From positions 18,538,001-18,602,000 of the forward strand of contig NC_086108.1 of the NCBI RefSeq assembly GCF_963921235.1: a stretch of DNA of 64,000 nucleotides, read 5' to 3'. The position numbers and the translations under genes were made by a program. Positions 63,113 to 64,000 of the stretch are shown piece after piece (positions within the stretch are counted from its first letter, which is position 1; every line of letters starts with the position of its first letter). Origin of the DNA: Mobula hypostoma (lineage: Eukaryota). The notes beneath the pieces are model-generated. The model saw only the letters and a list, made by a program, of their open reading frames with translations. It was not told where the DNA came from and searched no databases.

Positions 63113-63631
63113 GAAACATAGAAACATAGGAACAACAGACAGGTAGTGACATTGGAGAAGGATTGTTTAAACCAAAGATCTACATTACTGCTCACTGTTT
63201 CTTTAACAGTCCCCATCAACTACTCTTTCCTATTTCTGTAACTCACAACCGTTCCTTAGGGGCAGATGAAAGACCAAAAGCAATGTATTGATGGATTTAG
63301 TTGAGGAGTTAAATTAGAGCTTTTCCGAGGAAGGAGATTCTGCAGCATCACAGCAAAAGAAGATGTAGAGGAGTGTTAGAAAGGCCAAATGCATTGGGAC
63401 AGACACCTGGGCCAAATGAGATAGATTCTCAGGTGTTGAACAAGATGAGGAGTTAGAAATATAGAAACATAGAAAACCTACAGCTCAATACACGCCCTTC
63501 GGCCCACAGAGTTGTACTGAACATATCCCTACCTTAGAAATTACTGGGCTTACCCATAGCCCTCTATTTTACTAAGCTCCATATACCTATCTAAAAGTTT
63601 CTTAAAAGACCCTATCATATCCGCATCCACC

Positions 63632-64000
63632 CGTCATGATCCGGTCCATGAAATCCGCATTCCGGTTCACGGTCCAGTCCATGTTTCTTATTCCAGGTTT
63701 TCCAGTTTTCCCCAATTTCTGTTGAGGCAGCTGATTCTCGTTTGGCTGGCCTCACAAATAGCGGCCTTTCTTCCCCACTTCCCTTGCTTCCTTGTCACGC
63801 CTAGCCCTGTTCCTAGTACTTCAGTGTCTGTGTCTTGCATTTGAATCCGCTCTTGCCCCACACTATGGCAGAACAGTCCAGACATGAAGTACCCAAGCCA
63901 TGATATATCCTCGCCTAGTTCCGGGGTCCAAGTCCGAATCAAAACCCAGGTTCTGGGTCCTTGTCCAGTCTCTGGTTCGGAGTCCAAGCCCAGGCTCCTA
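63632..64000. mobile_element. Possible LTR (LTR-retrotransposon-like), continuing past the window end
   Basis: Abrupt switch from CR1 sequence to a CpG-richer segment starting cgtcatgatccgg (TGTCA-like start), with TATA-like and short internal repeats. Confidence 0.35.

Overview
Eukaryotic (vertebrate) genomic DNA, most likely from a cartilaginous fish; this is inferred from the CR1-dominated landscape and V-domain tRNA-SINEs. I recognise no host protein-coding gene. The window is almost entirely nested transposon debris. It holds many CR1 LINEs (one near full-length copy at 36550-40682 with a 12-bp TSD and a 907-aa ORF2), Penelope-like elements (RT and GIY-YIG), Rex1/Babar-like LINE ends, an L1 3' end, a hAT-Charlie/Buster transposase relic, a Tigger/pogo-type MITE and SINEs. 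Four observations stand out. (1) A dispersed family of minimal type I hammerhead ribozyme motifs sits in the Penelope 3' module; one copy at 21619-21656 has an intact core. (2) A 3.3-kb, indel-free 40-bp satellite (82 units) arose from 13 codons of a dead LINE ORF; it is stop-free on the minus strand and carries a binary variant code. (3) A CR1 copy contains an inverted copy of its own RT/3' region sharing private inactivating mutations. (4) A few strong splice-site-bounded candidate exons lie on the minus strand. Family names come from recognised motifs, not database searches, and element boundaries are approximate unless a TSD or TIR is given.
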